Assembly: GCF_964355755.1 (NCBI RefSeq)
Contig: NC_092672.1
Span: forward strand, 31,502,437 to 31,566,436
Reading direction: 5' to 3'
DNA from: Antedon mediterranea
Lineage: Eukaryota; Animalia; Echinodermata
Length of the DNA: 64,000 nucleotides
Under the pieces are notes generated by a model, which was not told the DNA's origin, did no database searches, and saw only the letters and a program-made list of their open reading frames with translations. Shown piece after piece: positions 38,343 through 51,675 of this stretch (the first letter of the stretch is position 1; every line of letters begins with the position of its first letter). The translations under genes and the position numbers were made by a program.

Positions 38343-38817
38343 ATGCTCGAGTTTAGTCCCATGTTCGAGTAAGTCCCATGCTCGAATAAGTCCCACTTTC
38401 GATTATAGTCCCATGCTTAAGTATAGTCCCATACTTAAGTATAGTCCTATGCTTGAGTATAGTCCCATGTTCAAGTATAGTCCTATGCTTGAGTATAGTC
38501 CCATGTTCAAGTATAGTCCCATGTTCAAGTATAGTCCCATGTTCAAGTATAGTCCCACACTTGAGTATAATCCCATGTTCAAGTATAGTCCCATGCTTAA
38601 GTATAGTCCCATACTTAAGTATAGTCCTATGCTTGAGTATAGTCCCATGTTCAAGTATAGTCTCATGTTCAAGTATAGTCCCATGTTCAAGTATAGTCCC
38701 ATTTCAAGTATAGTCCCATGTTCAAGTATAGTCCCATGTTTAAGTATAGTCCCATTTCAAGTATAGTCCCATGTTCAAGTATAGTCCCATGCTTGAGTAT
38801 AATCCCATGCCTGAGTA
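38343..38817. repeat. 18-bp minisatellite (AAGTATAGTCCCATGTTC), roughly 26 units
   Basis: Directly visible tandem array; it explains the repetitive ORFs here. Confidence 0.97.
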
Positions 38818-40177
38818 CATTTAGACATACAGGTAAGACTAAAGTAAATTTCATTGTTAATGTAATTCGTGTATAATCCAAACCTATAAGTTTTGCCAAA
38901 TTTCCTACCTGACCCCTTGATTGACAATGCTATTTAAAAGGCAAGTTTAAATACAATACATTGACCTATATTTTTCGTCATGTCACGACATTACACGATC
39001 ATCATATTATATGATTTTCACATAAAACATACACTATCCCAAGAGGTCGCAATAAAAAATCCGACAAAAATCAATTTAAAAATTAATGTTGAAGTAGGAG
39101 AATAAAATTGCTATATTACAATGTGTCTAACGGTAATTCTTTATCAGAACTGTATCAAAAATGAATAATTTAATATTTAATATAAACAAGAAAAAGTCAA
39201 GAGTCACTGAAATTATGGCAGATAAATAGTATTAAAATTACTTTACAAAATAGCAATAAAGTTTCACTTACATTTAAAAAATGGCTTTTTTGTATATAAT
39301 AATAATTCAGGAACAATAATTTTCTTTGTGACTGGTCAAATTTTTTTTTAATTACTTATTGAAAATAATTTTTCATGGTAAAGAAGAAACGCATTAGAAA
39401 ATATGATGCAAAAATGTTTCAATAAATTTTACTATAAAGAAATGTCACATTTTATGAATAAAGTGGCACTGTATTGTAGGTTGGTGGTAAATATTCTTCA
39501 GTGCCACTCCCACAGTACTGGGTTCAAATCTAAACAATAGCAGAATTTCTTCCCAAAAGCATTACCAACTGCCATGTATACACAATTGGAATATAAAAAT
39601 ATTGGATTAAATTTTAGTTAAAACATTTTTATGAAAGTGGCACTGTAGGTTGGTGATAAACATTCCTTCCTGCCACTCCCAAAGTACTATCTTCAAATCT
39701 AAGCAATATCCGGATTTCTTAAATGCCAAAAGCACTGCCTACGTCTCACATTTATTCTTCAAACATTAATTGGCATTTAACGTTGTTGGAATTTATGTTT
39801 TCCATGAGTTACAATTGTTATTATCCAAATCGGGTTAATAATGTTTCTTTGCTAGCGGCAAGGCAATGAAACGATCATCATTGGCAGTCAATGTTGACGC
39901 TGATTACGCAACGCGTGTGTATGCTATTAGCCAGATAAACATGATTTAAGAATCACTAACAAAAATGTGCTCATTAACAACAATAGTTAATAATGAAATC
40001 CTGTAATGAAATTGGTAACTCAAGTGTTGACAACTAATAAACATTATTTTTAAATTTACAAGGACCCTGTATGTATTTGCAATTAGTATCCTTAATGAAG
40101 AATCATTTTTTGAATAACAATTTAGATGGCTTACATTTTACACAGCATCATCCCTATACTATCTCAAAGTTATAGGT

Positions 40178-40550
40178 TATACGGCTTTACCAAGTTGAAA
40201 CACCAGTTCTCGTCAGATCACCGAAGTTAAGCAATATTGGGCCTGGTTAGAGCTTGGATGGGAGACCATGTGGGAATATCGGGTGCTGTATATGGAGCTG
40301 GGGTCCCGTTAGGCATTTGAAATCAGCATTGCTGACTCTTATGGCAGCCTTGCATCTAGTATCTGCCTCAGACGTATTGGCCCATGCCTTTCCTCTGGTC
40401 AAGGTGGACACTGGACGAGAAAAGCCCTTGATCAATGTTAGGACCAATCAACGTGCTTTAAACATTCCTGGCTTTGTTTGTATCAAACCTGTTAGTCGCA
40501 GTAATTATCGCTGTTGGTTTTGATTAAATAAAAAATAAAATAAATTAAAT
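40178..40550 (+). mobile_element. 5S rRNA-derived SINE (SINE3) or 5S pseudogene with unique body and A-rich tail
   Basis: 40178-40292 is a diverged 5S with no oligo-T terminator, followed by a ~230-bp GC-richer body and a TAAA-rich tail. Confidence 0.72.
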
Positions 40551-42254
40551 GCTGACTACCTTCTACCTCCAAAGATTTTGCCTAAGCAGTAGTAGGTGAA
40601 ATATAAGTGAATTAGACTGGAAATACCAAATTTGATTGAAATATGCAAATTAACTCGATTTAATTATATTTTCTACTTCAATTTAATAGCCATATTCATT
40701 TATGTCAATTGCCATGGTTACAAAGAACAATTTTTACAAGAAATTATTTGTAATTATTATTATTGAAAAATTGTTTAGTCTAGAATTATGTCCCATTTCT
40801 GTCTTATTTCTACTACAGTAATTTCAAATGGCATATCTTTTATACAATCTTTGTGACAAAAAGACTTATTGAACAAATTTCAAATAAATTTAACATTCAG
40901 TAGACCCCAGACATCTTTTTCTGAACAAGTTTTTTTTATGGGACACTGGGAATTTATAAAATTCTGTCATTTCATACATTTTAACATTGTATTTGGTTGC
41001 AACCCGTTCTTTCTCGGTTTAGATCCATTGGAAATAGAAAGATTAAGAATATTAACCAGTACAATGAAGTGGAAACTGAAATTGAAATGCGTGCCAGCTA
41101 ATTGTCGGTCAGATAAACACAAATTTCTACCAAAAACTGTCTTTGAGATTCCAAAATGGTAAATTGAAAGCTCTGTTAGTTGTGTTTACTGCATATGAAA
41201 GAGTATTATTATTAATATACTCTTGCCCAACACAAATTTCTCTTGGTTTTTCCTTTTGATTTTACTTTTTGGGACTTTTCCACTTTCAAAACTGAAATGT
41301 ATTACCATTTTTTAAGACACTTCTTTCTTTTCCAGTCTGTTTTATTCTCATAAAATATTTGTAAATTAAAAGAAATTTTCTTTTTTATTGTAATTTTGTT
41401 TTGAAAGAAATAAAAAAATGTGATAAATAATAATAATAATATTTACTGTGATAAACAGTGTAATATCAATTGTTACCAGAAAGATCCATTTTTAGAAAAT
41501 GAAATTTGAACTTATGACCTATTTTTTTTACAGGAAGAGTGCTTTAACCAATGAACCATATCATAATTTCATATTGTTATTTAAGATTCCCTCTAGTTCT
41601 TCTTAATTTCTTGTGAAAGAAAGAATCGTTGCATGCATTCTTTGTCTACATTTTGAAAATTTTTGAAGCTTTCTGTTTTATCCTCAAAAATATAATAATA
41701 AATAAATAATAAATAAATAAATATTATGAATAATAAATATATTAATGAATAATAAATTAAATAAATGAACACAATGAATAATTAAAATAAATAAACATAA
41801 TGAATAATTAAATTAATAAATAATATAAATAAATAAATATCAATGAATAATTACGCCTAATAATTAAAAAATAAATAAAATAAACATAATAAAAAAATAT
41901 ATATAAAAGTAAATAATAAATAAATAATAGGCCTACAGTGAATTAACGTCTTCATATGAATAAAGTGTAAAATAATACTGCTGATCAAATGTATGTATTT
42001 CAACAGGATTGATTTTAAGAAAATCAATCCTCTAAAAGGAAGGAAGATAAGATAAAGATTGAACCAAAGCCAATAGCCTCTTATGACACGTTTAAGCCAA
42101 GTAAACCACATGGGAGTCTTTCTCAATTACATAGAGGCTGACGACAGAGAAGTAAAGAAATATCACTATAGGATGAATATAATATAAAGATTAAAAAGAT
42201 AAAACAAACAAAAAAAGAAATTTAAAAAAAATTAAAACAAAGAGAAAAGATGGG

Positions 42255-42400
42255 ATTTGAGTTGATACTTAATAAAAGATCGAGAGACGGAGATTCCTGC
42301 ATAGTCACCAGAATTTGGTTTCAATGCTTCGGAGCAGCAACATAGAAGGAACGAACGTCACATGTTATGTGGCTTTATTTCATGAAACCTCAATTTGCAA
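42255..42400 (-). mobile_element. Decayed L2/CR1 ORF2 C-terminal fragment
   Basis: Translates DVRSFYVAAPKH*NQI..ESPSL. Confidence 0.55.
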
Positions 42401-43229
42401 CATGACAAATATATGGCTTAAAGAAATTTATTTGATTTTAAATTAAATAAGACATGACAACAACTGCATTTAAATAATATTTCAATAATTACTAAACATT
42501 TCGGGAAAAAAACTGTAACTACAGACGACAGATTTAAATTGTTTGCATAATTGTTTAAATTAATGCACATGTAATGTTCTATGTAAGACTGCATATTTTT
42601 TTATGATACATTTCAATTCAGACAACACCCAAAATCATGTGAAATTCAGCTAAAAAGCTTACTGTTACTATTCCCTGAATTATTATTCTCAACTGGGCAA
42701 GTTGGCTATTGATTTTACTAGTCCACATGTTATTTTGCATTATGAATCAACACAGTTTCTATGTATGTTTTCATTTAGCCTGATAGACGATTGGATAGAA
42801 AAAGTTGTGTTCATACTGGGCTAGTTCTATGTCTGGCTAGTACTACTGTAGATCTGGGCTGGTACTATATTTGGGCTAGTCTAGCTTGTACCGTGCATTA
42901 TGAATTAAAATAAATAAAAAAAATGAAACTGAACTTGATAACAATAATTTAGCATTCAAACAGTTTGACAGACAGATTTTCAAATTCTCGTCAATAAAAT
43001 AAATAATCAAGTGTCGCACATGTTTAAATCTTGTCAGGAAAAAAAGTAATTATTGCAAACAATATCTGCTAGACATGTGTCTAGATTGTCACAATTCAAG
43101 TTAACAAAACGAGTCACTATATCACAAATTAAATTTGAATGAACCATGTTCTACATTTATAAAATAATGACTACAAAATTACAAGAAAATAGTCATATTA
43201 ATGCCATTTATGACCAAAGTAAAATCAGA

Positions 43230-43452
43230 GGGCCCAGTTATGATGTGGCTGTGTGCACCGGGATAACCCATCCTACTTATCTCGAAAGATGTACTAGGTT
43301 CTAGATGTGTACACTGGACCTACGGTTTATAGTCCTTATCCGAGAAAACTCATTCTACCATCGGAACTGGAATGCGTGAGCCTTAAACCCTTGCCGATGT
43401 GATGGCTACGTAATTACTATTCCACTATCTTAACAGCTCGCCCACTTACTCC
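43230..43452 (-). mobile_element. tRNA-headed Deu/Nin SINE (related fragments at ~1200-1310 + and ~44125-44285 +)
   Basis: Minus-strand core TTCTCGGATAAGGACTATAAACCGTAGGTCCAGTGTACAC. The same core is partly present in the other two copies. Confidence 0.68.
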
Positions 43453-43458
43453 ATGTTA

Positions 43459-43636
43459 AGCTTGGTTCCCACTAGAACGTAACGCAAGGACGTAAACGCA
43501 ACGTAAGCGTGTTGACCAATGACAAGCGAAGTTATAGACAGTTAGAATCACAAGCAAATAAGCCATCGCTTGTGATTGGTCAATTCACTTGCGTTGCGTT
43601 ACGTCCTTGCGTTGCGTCGCTAGTGGGAACCACGCT
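43459..43636. mobile_element. Tourist/Harbinger-type MITE family A (also 61522-61700, 49014-49191, 63187-63336)
   Basis: TIR AGC(T/G)TGGTTCCCACTAG with TWA-type flanks. The 43459 and 61522 copies are near-identical in opposite orientation. Confidence 0.88.
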
Positions 43637-45457
43637 TCATCATGTTGCTCTAAAGTTGCAAAATGCTTGCCACAATATACCTATGAGGAAAATTCTCGCC
43701 GATAACTCAGCTTCATCTTGTTCAGAGTTCTGACAATCCAGGTTGATCGTCTTCAAAGTTATCATCCTTAAGTTCAGCATATCGGCATATCAGTCTCAAG
43801 CGTGCGATTACTGTCATCGATATTTGTGAACTAATTAATTTATTCATTGTAATTAAAGTTGGCATATTCAATTTTCATTTCTGTATTAAATACATGGTTA
43901 CATACATTGTAAACTTCCATCGGCAAACATCCAACAGCAATGTAACTATCCAATTAAACAGAATCCATAAACTAAATAGTATTAGAGGTTCTGCCTAGGT
44001 ATTTCAATTACAGTCAAAGCTCTTCTTTTTTGGGACATCCCTTTTACGGGACACCCTATTAAGGGACATCCTTTTTACGGGACACCCCATGTCAAATTGT
44101 ATGGATGAGCCGAAGGAAGGGGTGCGACAAAGCATACTGTAGCCACCACTCCTCAGCCATATTGTTCTGGTGGCAAGTTTTCTCGCATAAGGATTTAAAA
44201 CAGTGTACACATCTAGCTTGTGTGTACCTTTAAAGAACCCAGTGCATCTTCAAGAGTAGGGGTTACCCTGATCAATCCTAGTCCCTTTCTTGCTTTCGTG
44301 GTAGGCACTGTAATATGACTGCTATGCCAATTCTCAATCGAGATGAATACGAACATAGGACAATATAACTTTTCACAATAGCTATTAAAGGGAAACTTTG
44401 TTCCTTATTATTAGGCATTGGGTGCAGTGTTGAAGCACACATTGCTCCTTGTACATTTCATTGGGAAATGTTCCCTTAATAGGGATATCCCCTGAATATA
44501 GAATGGGTATAGCGTTAAAACGTATATTCGATCGTTTCAGTGGAAAATGCTTAATAACAATGTCCCCTCATGAGGAGTGTTTTAAAGTTTGTTTCTACTG
44601 TTAGTACAGTGTATCCTCTTGTACAGTCGAACCTAGCTACAACACAAGATTTGGGGGCGGGACTAAACCTGGGGGGGGGGGGGCGGGACTATACCCGAGG
44701 AAACCCTGGTTCAGGAGAAAAATGGTTTTTAAGCATCTGAACTTGCTATAGAAAGGCCTACAACCAGACAACCAGACCAAAAGTCAATACTGGAACCATA
44801 CCAGGGGATATGCCTGTTTGTGAAATCAGACATAAATAAGGGATGGGATTAGACCAGAAGTGGGATTACAGTATATCCGAGGATATACAGTAATTAATAT
44901 AAATATATCTGTAAGATCTGTAAGAGAAACAAAATTAAACATTAGTCGAAGATTATGTAAACAAAATATTTTTAGAAATGACTATCAAATAAAAAAAATG
45001 TTTTTAATGATAAAAATTTGGCTTCACTCCAGAGCATGAATCAAATTGAAAGCATGTTGTATACAATACTTGACAAGCTTAATAAATATAAACTTCTTCC
45101 TGACATAAATACATTAACAGTAATTAAAATTGGCACACGTTAATTCAAAATAACATTAAAGAAAATAATTTCATTGCAAAAGTAAGTATTATTCTTTACT
45201 GAATATAATAAATTTAATTTAATATTATTTCTTCTTTAAAATTTCTTGACTATATTAACAATAAAAGAATAAAAATCTATTAATAATTGTAATTACCAAG
45301 AATTTAAAAGAAGAGGACAAAGAAATGCTGAACCCATATATCACATTTTAATCCAATTCATATCTATCATCCAAGTCTCATACCTGATATGACAAGAGAC
45401 TTGCACATTTCAGGCTACCCTCACACTCCCAAAGCCTCAAATCAAACACGTTTCTAA

Positions 45458-45602
45458 AACTCTGTCTCTACTATCAAACTAGTTTCACAAAAAAGTGCCC
45501 AAATATGGTGGTGATATGCCTAAATATGGTAGTGATGACATGTCCATATATAGGCACATCACATTTTTTTGTCACATAAAGTTTGATAGTGTAGAGAGAG
45601 CT
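45458..45602. mobile_element. Tourist/Harbinger-type MITE family B (also 3570-3700, 15739-15841, ~34833-34920, ~2310-2385)
   Basis: TIR AGCTCTGTCTACACTATCAAACT and shared core GTGCCCAAATATGGTAGTGATATGAC..GGCACATCACA in five copies. Confidence 0.85.
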
Positions 45603-48600
45603 TTAGATAAACTCATATTAATTATTGGCCCATATAATGTTTGCCACAGAAAATAGCGTTTTTGTATATGGACTCGTTATTTAGATCAAAGCAAACAAGA
45701 AGACAGTGAACTTGCTTTCTCAAGATAGGAACTGGTAACAATCCTTTGATCTTATGTCTGGCTGCAACAAATACCAACAGTACTATGTACATATTTTTCG
45801 CAGCGCACAATGTCTGTTAAGGAGCGTGGAACTGATCATGTCGCAGCCACAGATAAACCTATCCTGTTGTTAGGTTGCCTTGTTTAGATGTTGGGTAATA
45901 AAAATGCATTTGATTGTCTTGAAATTGAATTCAGATTTTTATTTGAGGTAACAAATCTACTGTTATGTAGAAGGTCTACTAGATGCCAAAAACACCCCCT
46001 CAATTGGTTGAACAAATATGGAAGCTTCCTCAATTAATGAAATCTAATTAAACATGATATTTAGTTACTTCAACAGGATAGCACCATATCCTTTGCTAAA
46101 AAATTAATAAGATTACCATGATTGGTTTGAAATGCAATGTGCTGAAACACTAAAACAACTGATGTTGTATGAAGCAGAAATAAGGATCACAAAAATAAAC
46201 GATAATACTATAGCTCTCTTTACTGTCATGAAAAAGTATAGTCCAAGTATTATGTTATTTGTATTAAAAACTGTTATTGTTATGTATTATATTGTCTTTC
46301 TATGTATCAATCCTGTTACGGGCTACTTTGGTCGCTTTTTTGATGTGGAGTCGAATCTAAAAAGTCTTGTTCCACCACCAAAACTAGGAGAAAGTTGGCC
46401 TGGCACCCATGCAGATATTGTTGGCTCTTTAGGTACAGTAAACGACGCCCCTTCCTTAACCGCTTGACCACTTCCTTCACTTGTACAATAGGTTGTTTCA
46501 GTTTTCCACAATGTTTATAAGATGGGTAAGTATACAATGTAATTAAAATCACAATTTAATTTAATGCTATAAACTTTCCAATAATTTCAATAACCTACAT
46601 CAATTTGATGCTGAATCACTAAATTAGTAATATCTAAAAATAGTTTAAGTAGGTGAAAAATCTTTCTTTCATCAGAAAGAGCAAATCTATCAACCCAATT
46701 ACAACTTTGAATATATAACTATTAATCCAAACCATTAATTAATTATCCCAACAAACTGGGATATCAAGCAAGGGTGCATTAGAGAAATATATATATTATT
46801 ATTATATAAACATCATACAGTATAGACAGTTTAATGATTTAAATTTGATGTCATAAACAGATTGATTACGAAGCCCCACGAGGGCTCCCTTCGTGTGTAA
46901 AAAATCACACGCCACAAATTAGGTCACTTACTTTATTAAACTTTACACCTCGCAAGAAACACATATTGATTAAACCGAAAATTAATCTGTAAATTTACAA
47001 AAATTGTGTAGGTGGGGTGGAATTTATACGTTTTCGTTTGGTTTTGTAATATTTAATAAACCATGGACCTATAGGTCCATTATTCAAACAAAAAGAAGAA
47101 ACAAGTATGATAGTACAAATTATTTAACATAAATATTCAAACAGTTTAACATAACATTTTTTCCCCTTTTTTGGTTAGGATCTGGTTTAGAAGTAAAACA
47201 ACTAGACCCCACACAAAATATTAGAAATAGTTGAATAAAGAAACTGTAAATGCCATTTTAAAACTTCAAATTATCTATGCAAGTATGAAAAATATATACA
47301 AAGAACAGTATAGATTTACTCATGACATTTGGACAATGTAGGAATATCTTTTGACATACCTGAAATATTGATTTGACTTGCGTGACAATTATCTTGAAAA
47401 ATTCCTCTGGACGTTTACTGCGTCCAAATTACCCACAAACCCAATATCAATTCCATCACGTAACACAAGTTAAGTGCTCAGCCACCTGAAAAAAATAACA
47501 GTACGATGAAAATTTACTCTTCGGGATATTTACGTCCAGTTCGTTTGTTGTGCATTAACGAACACATGTCCTGCAGGCAAGGAAAACAACTAACGAAACT
47601 AAATGTGATTCGTTTACATTAGACAAGCCCCAGGGTTATTCTGAATTAGCTCCTAATTACTCGGAAGAAAGTTGCTCATTACGAAATCCACACGTGTGTA
47701 GGAACATGCATAGAAACCTGAAATGTTAATATATAAATACTAACAGTACAGGAGAATGAATAAAAGGCCAGATGTATCAAATCTGTTACAAGTATATCTT
47801 TTATTTACAGTATTAATTTATTTTTATTTACAGTACACACATTATTTCAATCTACATAAATTACAAGTACAAACTATAGTTCCTTCTTCAACATAAACAT
47901 TTGACATAATTATTCAATAAACAAATTAAACGTATAAAAATGTATTCTCTCTCAAAACATCATTAAAAACAAAGAAATAAAATCAGTTGAATGAATAGGT
48001 CATTTTACAGTTTTAATAAAGTTAATAAAAAATAATTAAAATTGTTTCACTTCAAAAATAAATGGTCAAATTCAACCAAATGTTGTCTTCCAGTCAATTG
48101 GACTATTTTTTCGTTAACTACAGTTTTTTCAGGTAAATACATTTTTTTTTAAATCCATTTTTGGTCACAGTGATATTATTATGATACTATTATGTGCAAA
48201 AATGGCATATCCAACAAAAACATTGAAAAAAATATTTAAAATGCTTATGTTTTATTTATTTACAAGCCACCATAACAAATAGCCAACTGAGAAAATTACA
48301 TATTGATTTTAAATAATTTTAAAACAATACAAAAATTCATAATAGAAAACCAACCTTCAAACCTAAAGTACAAATGCAAGTCAAACAGCTGACTCACAGC
48401 TGTCCATAAAATGAAGCATAACCTACAGTATATTATACATTTCAATTTAAAAGTTGGCGTTTATTTTTAAATTCAATTTTATGATTGATTTTCATAATCA
48501 AAGGAACCATCAGGCTCTAATAAATAATATAAAACATTTACATCAATTAAAAATAATTTAATTAAAAAATAAATATTAAAATATTGCTTTTATCCAAGAT

Positions 48601-51570
48601 AATAAATTAAACACACAAAATTGTATTATTAAGAAATAATTTAAGGTAAATATATATTTTTTCCTGCAATTTTAATACTTTTAAAATATATTAACATATT
48701 TAACTCTTTGTATGTATTTCTTTGTTGAGAACCTCTCGACATTCATATATTTTTGTTATAACATTTAAGAATCTAGACTTGCCCCAAGTCTGTATTTATT
48801 GTCTTTTTTTTTATTTGTTTTATTTCGACCGCGATTTTTGTATCCAAACTCAAGTAATACACGTATGAAACGCCATATGTGCAAAAATATTTATATTTTT
48901 ACTAATATTAAGACAAAACACCGTCTGGAGCCCAGACGATTAGGAATCCTGCCTCATTGATTTACATTAGTTCTTATATATTGATTGATCGATAGATGTT
49001 TAGTTCTCAGTAAACCTTGGTTCCCACTAGCGACGCAGCGTAACGCAATGGAAGAAAATTTGCCCCCGTCTGCGTGAAATCGAACCTGCAATATTTGCAG
49101 CACTGTTGTGTCGTCGGTTCACACTTGTGATTACGCAATACAGCACTTTGCATCAATATGTCGTTGCGTTGCGTTCTAGTGAAACCATGCTTTAACTGCT
49201 AAAGTTAACAGCCTATAGATATCCATCATAAGTTTAGAAACATAATAAAATGATATCATATATGATATTATCCTTTTTTCTTTTCTTAGTAATATGCGGA
49301 ATAGTTGATGTGTTAGTGCTAAAATCTAAAGTCTGCATATATTTTTTTTAAACCATGTGTTGAGAGCAGATATGAACTGATCATAATTTTAAGAATTTAA
49401 TATCTAAATACATTATTAATAATAATAGATGATGACATACATGTACCAGAAGGTTGTTGCTAAAGTTATGAAAGTTTTTTTGGTATTTAAACTAATAGGC
49501 TTTACTTTTGTGTGTGAACACACATTAAGATTTAGACATAGCAACCTATGTATCAATTACATATTTCTTATGATAGTTATATTAAATGGGCGTAACCAAA
49601 TATCAATCCCAACTTAAAATGTTGTAATATAATTATTACACTGAAAACAAACAAAAAAGTTAAATACTGACACCTCCTCTTTGCAACAATTATCAACACC
49701 ATCCTGTACTAATAAAGCAAGTTTAATTAGATTAGTAATTACAGAACCAACAGCTAAGCATTTCATCTGAAGGTCAACTACATATAGATGAATGAGCATG
49801 AAGTTTCTGGAACCATGCTTGTTTATGTTGTTCCATGTCAATGCAGGAAAACTCTAGACCTAGTTGTAGTCACCTTTGTCGATTGCTAGACTGAAAACAT
49901 GCTAGACAAAAACAAAAAATACTCGTCGGGGAAATATTCAATTATAATCCAACGTCTAATATTGGACAATTTGATGACCTCTTGAGAGGTCAAGTTTACC
50001 CTAGCAATTTTATTAAAAAGACTGACATATTTAAAATAGAACAAATTAGAAATCTTGGTTAAGTGCAAAATTAAATTGCCAATTTTCAACAACTGCGATA
50101 AAATGCTCAAGGCAATTAAAGCAAAAATGTTTTTAAGGAATTCAGAAATAGAAAGAGGAAAAAAAATTATAAATGTGAAAAGGCTAGAGATAAAAACATC
50201 ATCGTAATCTTCACCGAACCACATTTTACAAGAGGTTTAAAATATTAACTGTGATAAATGTTACAAAATTAAATGCGTGATATAGTTAGACATGCCGACA
50301 GAAACGTTAAGCTAACATATTTATAATATAAAAACAAACATCTTTATTGAAAATGTTGCTTTTGCAAAGTTTCCAAAACTTTATTTTCACAGTATCTAAG
50401 TTACTTTCAAAAGAAGAAAAACTGTATTATTTAAAACTGTATAATTAATATATTTTTAAAGTCCCATTCCCTACGTTTTATAGATCTAATTTAAGGTCAT
50501 AAACTACATTTAATGTAAAAATTAAAAATAATACATGGTCCAATTGAGAAAACCTTTTTCATCTTTATACGATTAAAAATGTGAAAAATAAATTGATTCT
50601 AATCATTTTAGCGGACCGCTATAAATCCCAACATGGATTGCGCCCGGATTGATGTTTTTGTTTTTTTTTTGTAATTTACCCACATTTCAATGAAGCGAAA
50701 ATACCTGGTTTCCCCCAATTTGTATCGGAACATAACAATGCCGTAGCCATCAGAATTAAAATGGTGCTGTGATCGCAAGAAAAGGTAAAAATCCTCTCTG
50801 CGGGGGCCACAGGGTTAAAAAAAAGTGGTCAGGTTGAAAACTTACCAACCGTACTGGTGGCTACGACCCTGCTGATTAATTTAATTAGATATACTAAGTA
50901 CATTAACTCATCTATCAACAACATTCTTCCACACTTTCTGTTAATGTATAACAGTAAACCATATTTTATTATATTACGACGTAACGAATAAACCAAGTTC
51001 ATGAAACTTAGAACATTGTAGGTAATTAATTTCCACACTGGAGAATTTCAAATACAGTCGACATATACAATTAACAGTAAAGGATCGTATATCAGTGTCG
51101 TACGTGATACATCCTGACAAAACCACATAAGCTGCAAGATGCTTAGAGAACTAATTTAAGCATGTTGCTATTATGTTATCAATTAATAAATTGTTAGATC
51201 TTTGCATGCCCGCCACCGAGTTGTTTTGACTCTTGCCGATCAAGCTGGTTGTCATAATTTTATGCGTTGAGAAATGCAGACAATGTTGCGATTAATTATC
51301 AAATGTCGTTTTTAGTGTTGATGAAATTAATTTCAGGTGGAGATCAAATTCATAGATTTATTTGAGTACATTTTGTAATGGTAAGTCAAATAAAAACATG
51401 TTCCACTATAATGTCTAATAAAACAAATGCGTGTTTAGTAGAATATCTGAAATAATGTAGCTATGCATCTGTGGCAGTTATTTGCACAAAGGTTTTTGCA
51501 TTAATTGTGTCTCTATAATCTTAATAAAGCATGTATAAAGTGGGCCTATACAAAGGTACAATTAGTGTGC

Positions 51571-51675
51571 TTAAATTACATTATTTACACGTCTTTTTAA
51601 ATAGTTTAAACCCAAAAATTTATAATAACATTTTCTGATTTTAGGATTTGTGAAGGCGTAAAGGAAAGGATTTAA
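51571..51675 (-). pseudogene. Displaced 3' end of the same GPCR
   Basis: Translates LNPFLYAFTNPKIRKCYYKFLGLNYLKRRVNNVI*, which matches the paralog tail LNPFLYALTNPKIREVFYKFLGLNY. It is in frame once the insertion and one TTAA are removed. Confidence 0.93.

Noticed and set aside
38343-38899. Repetitive ORFs and a CRISPR-like appearance
   Set aside because: Head-to-tail 18-bp minisatellite with no unique spacers and no cas genes.
49600-50820. piggyBac-like element (ends GGGTTAA at ~50818) with decayed coding-like interior
   Set aside because: No convincing partner TIR or transposase motif was found by eye.
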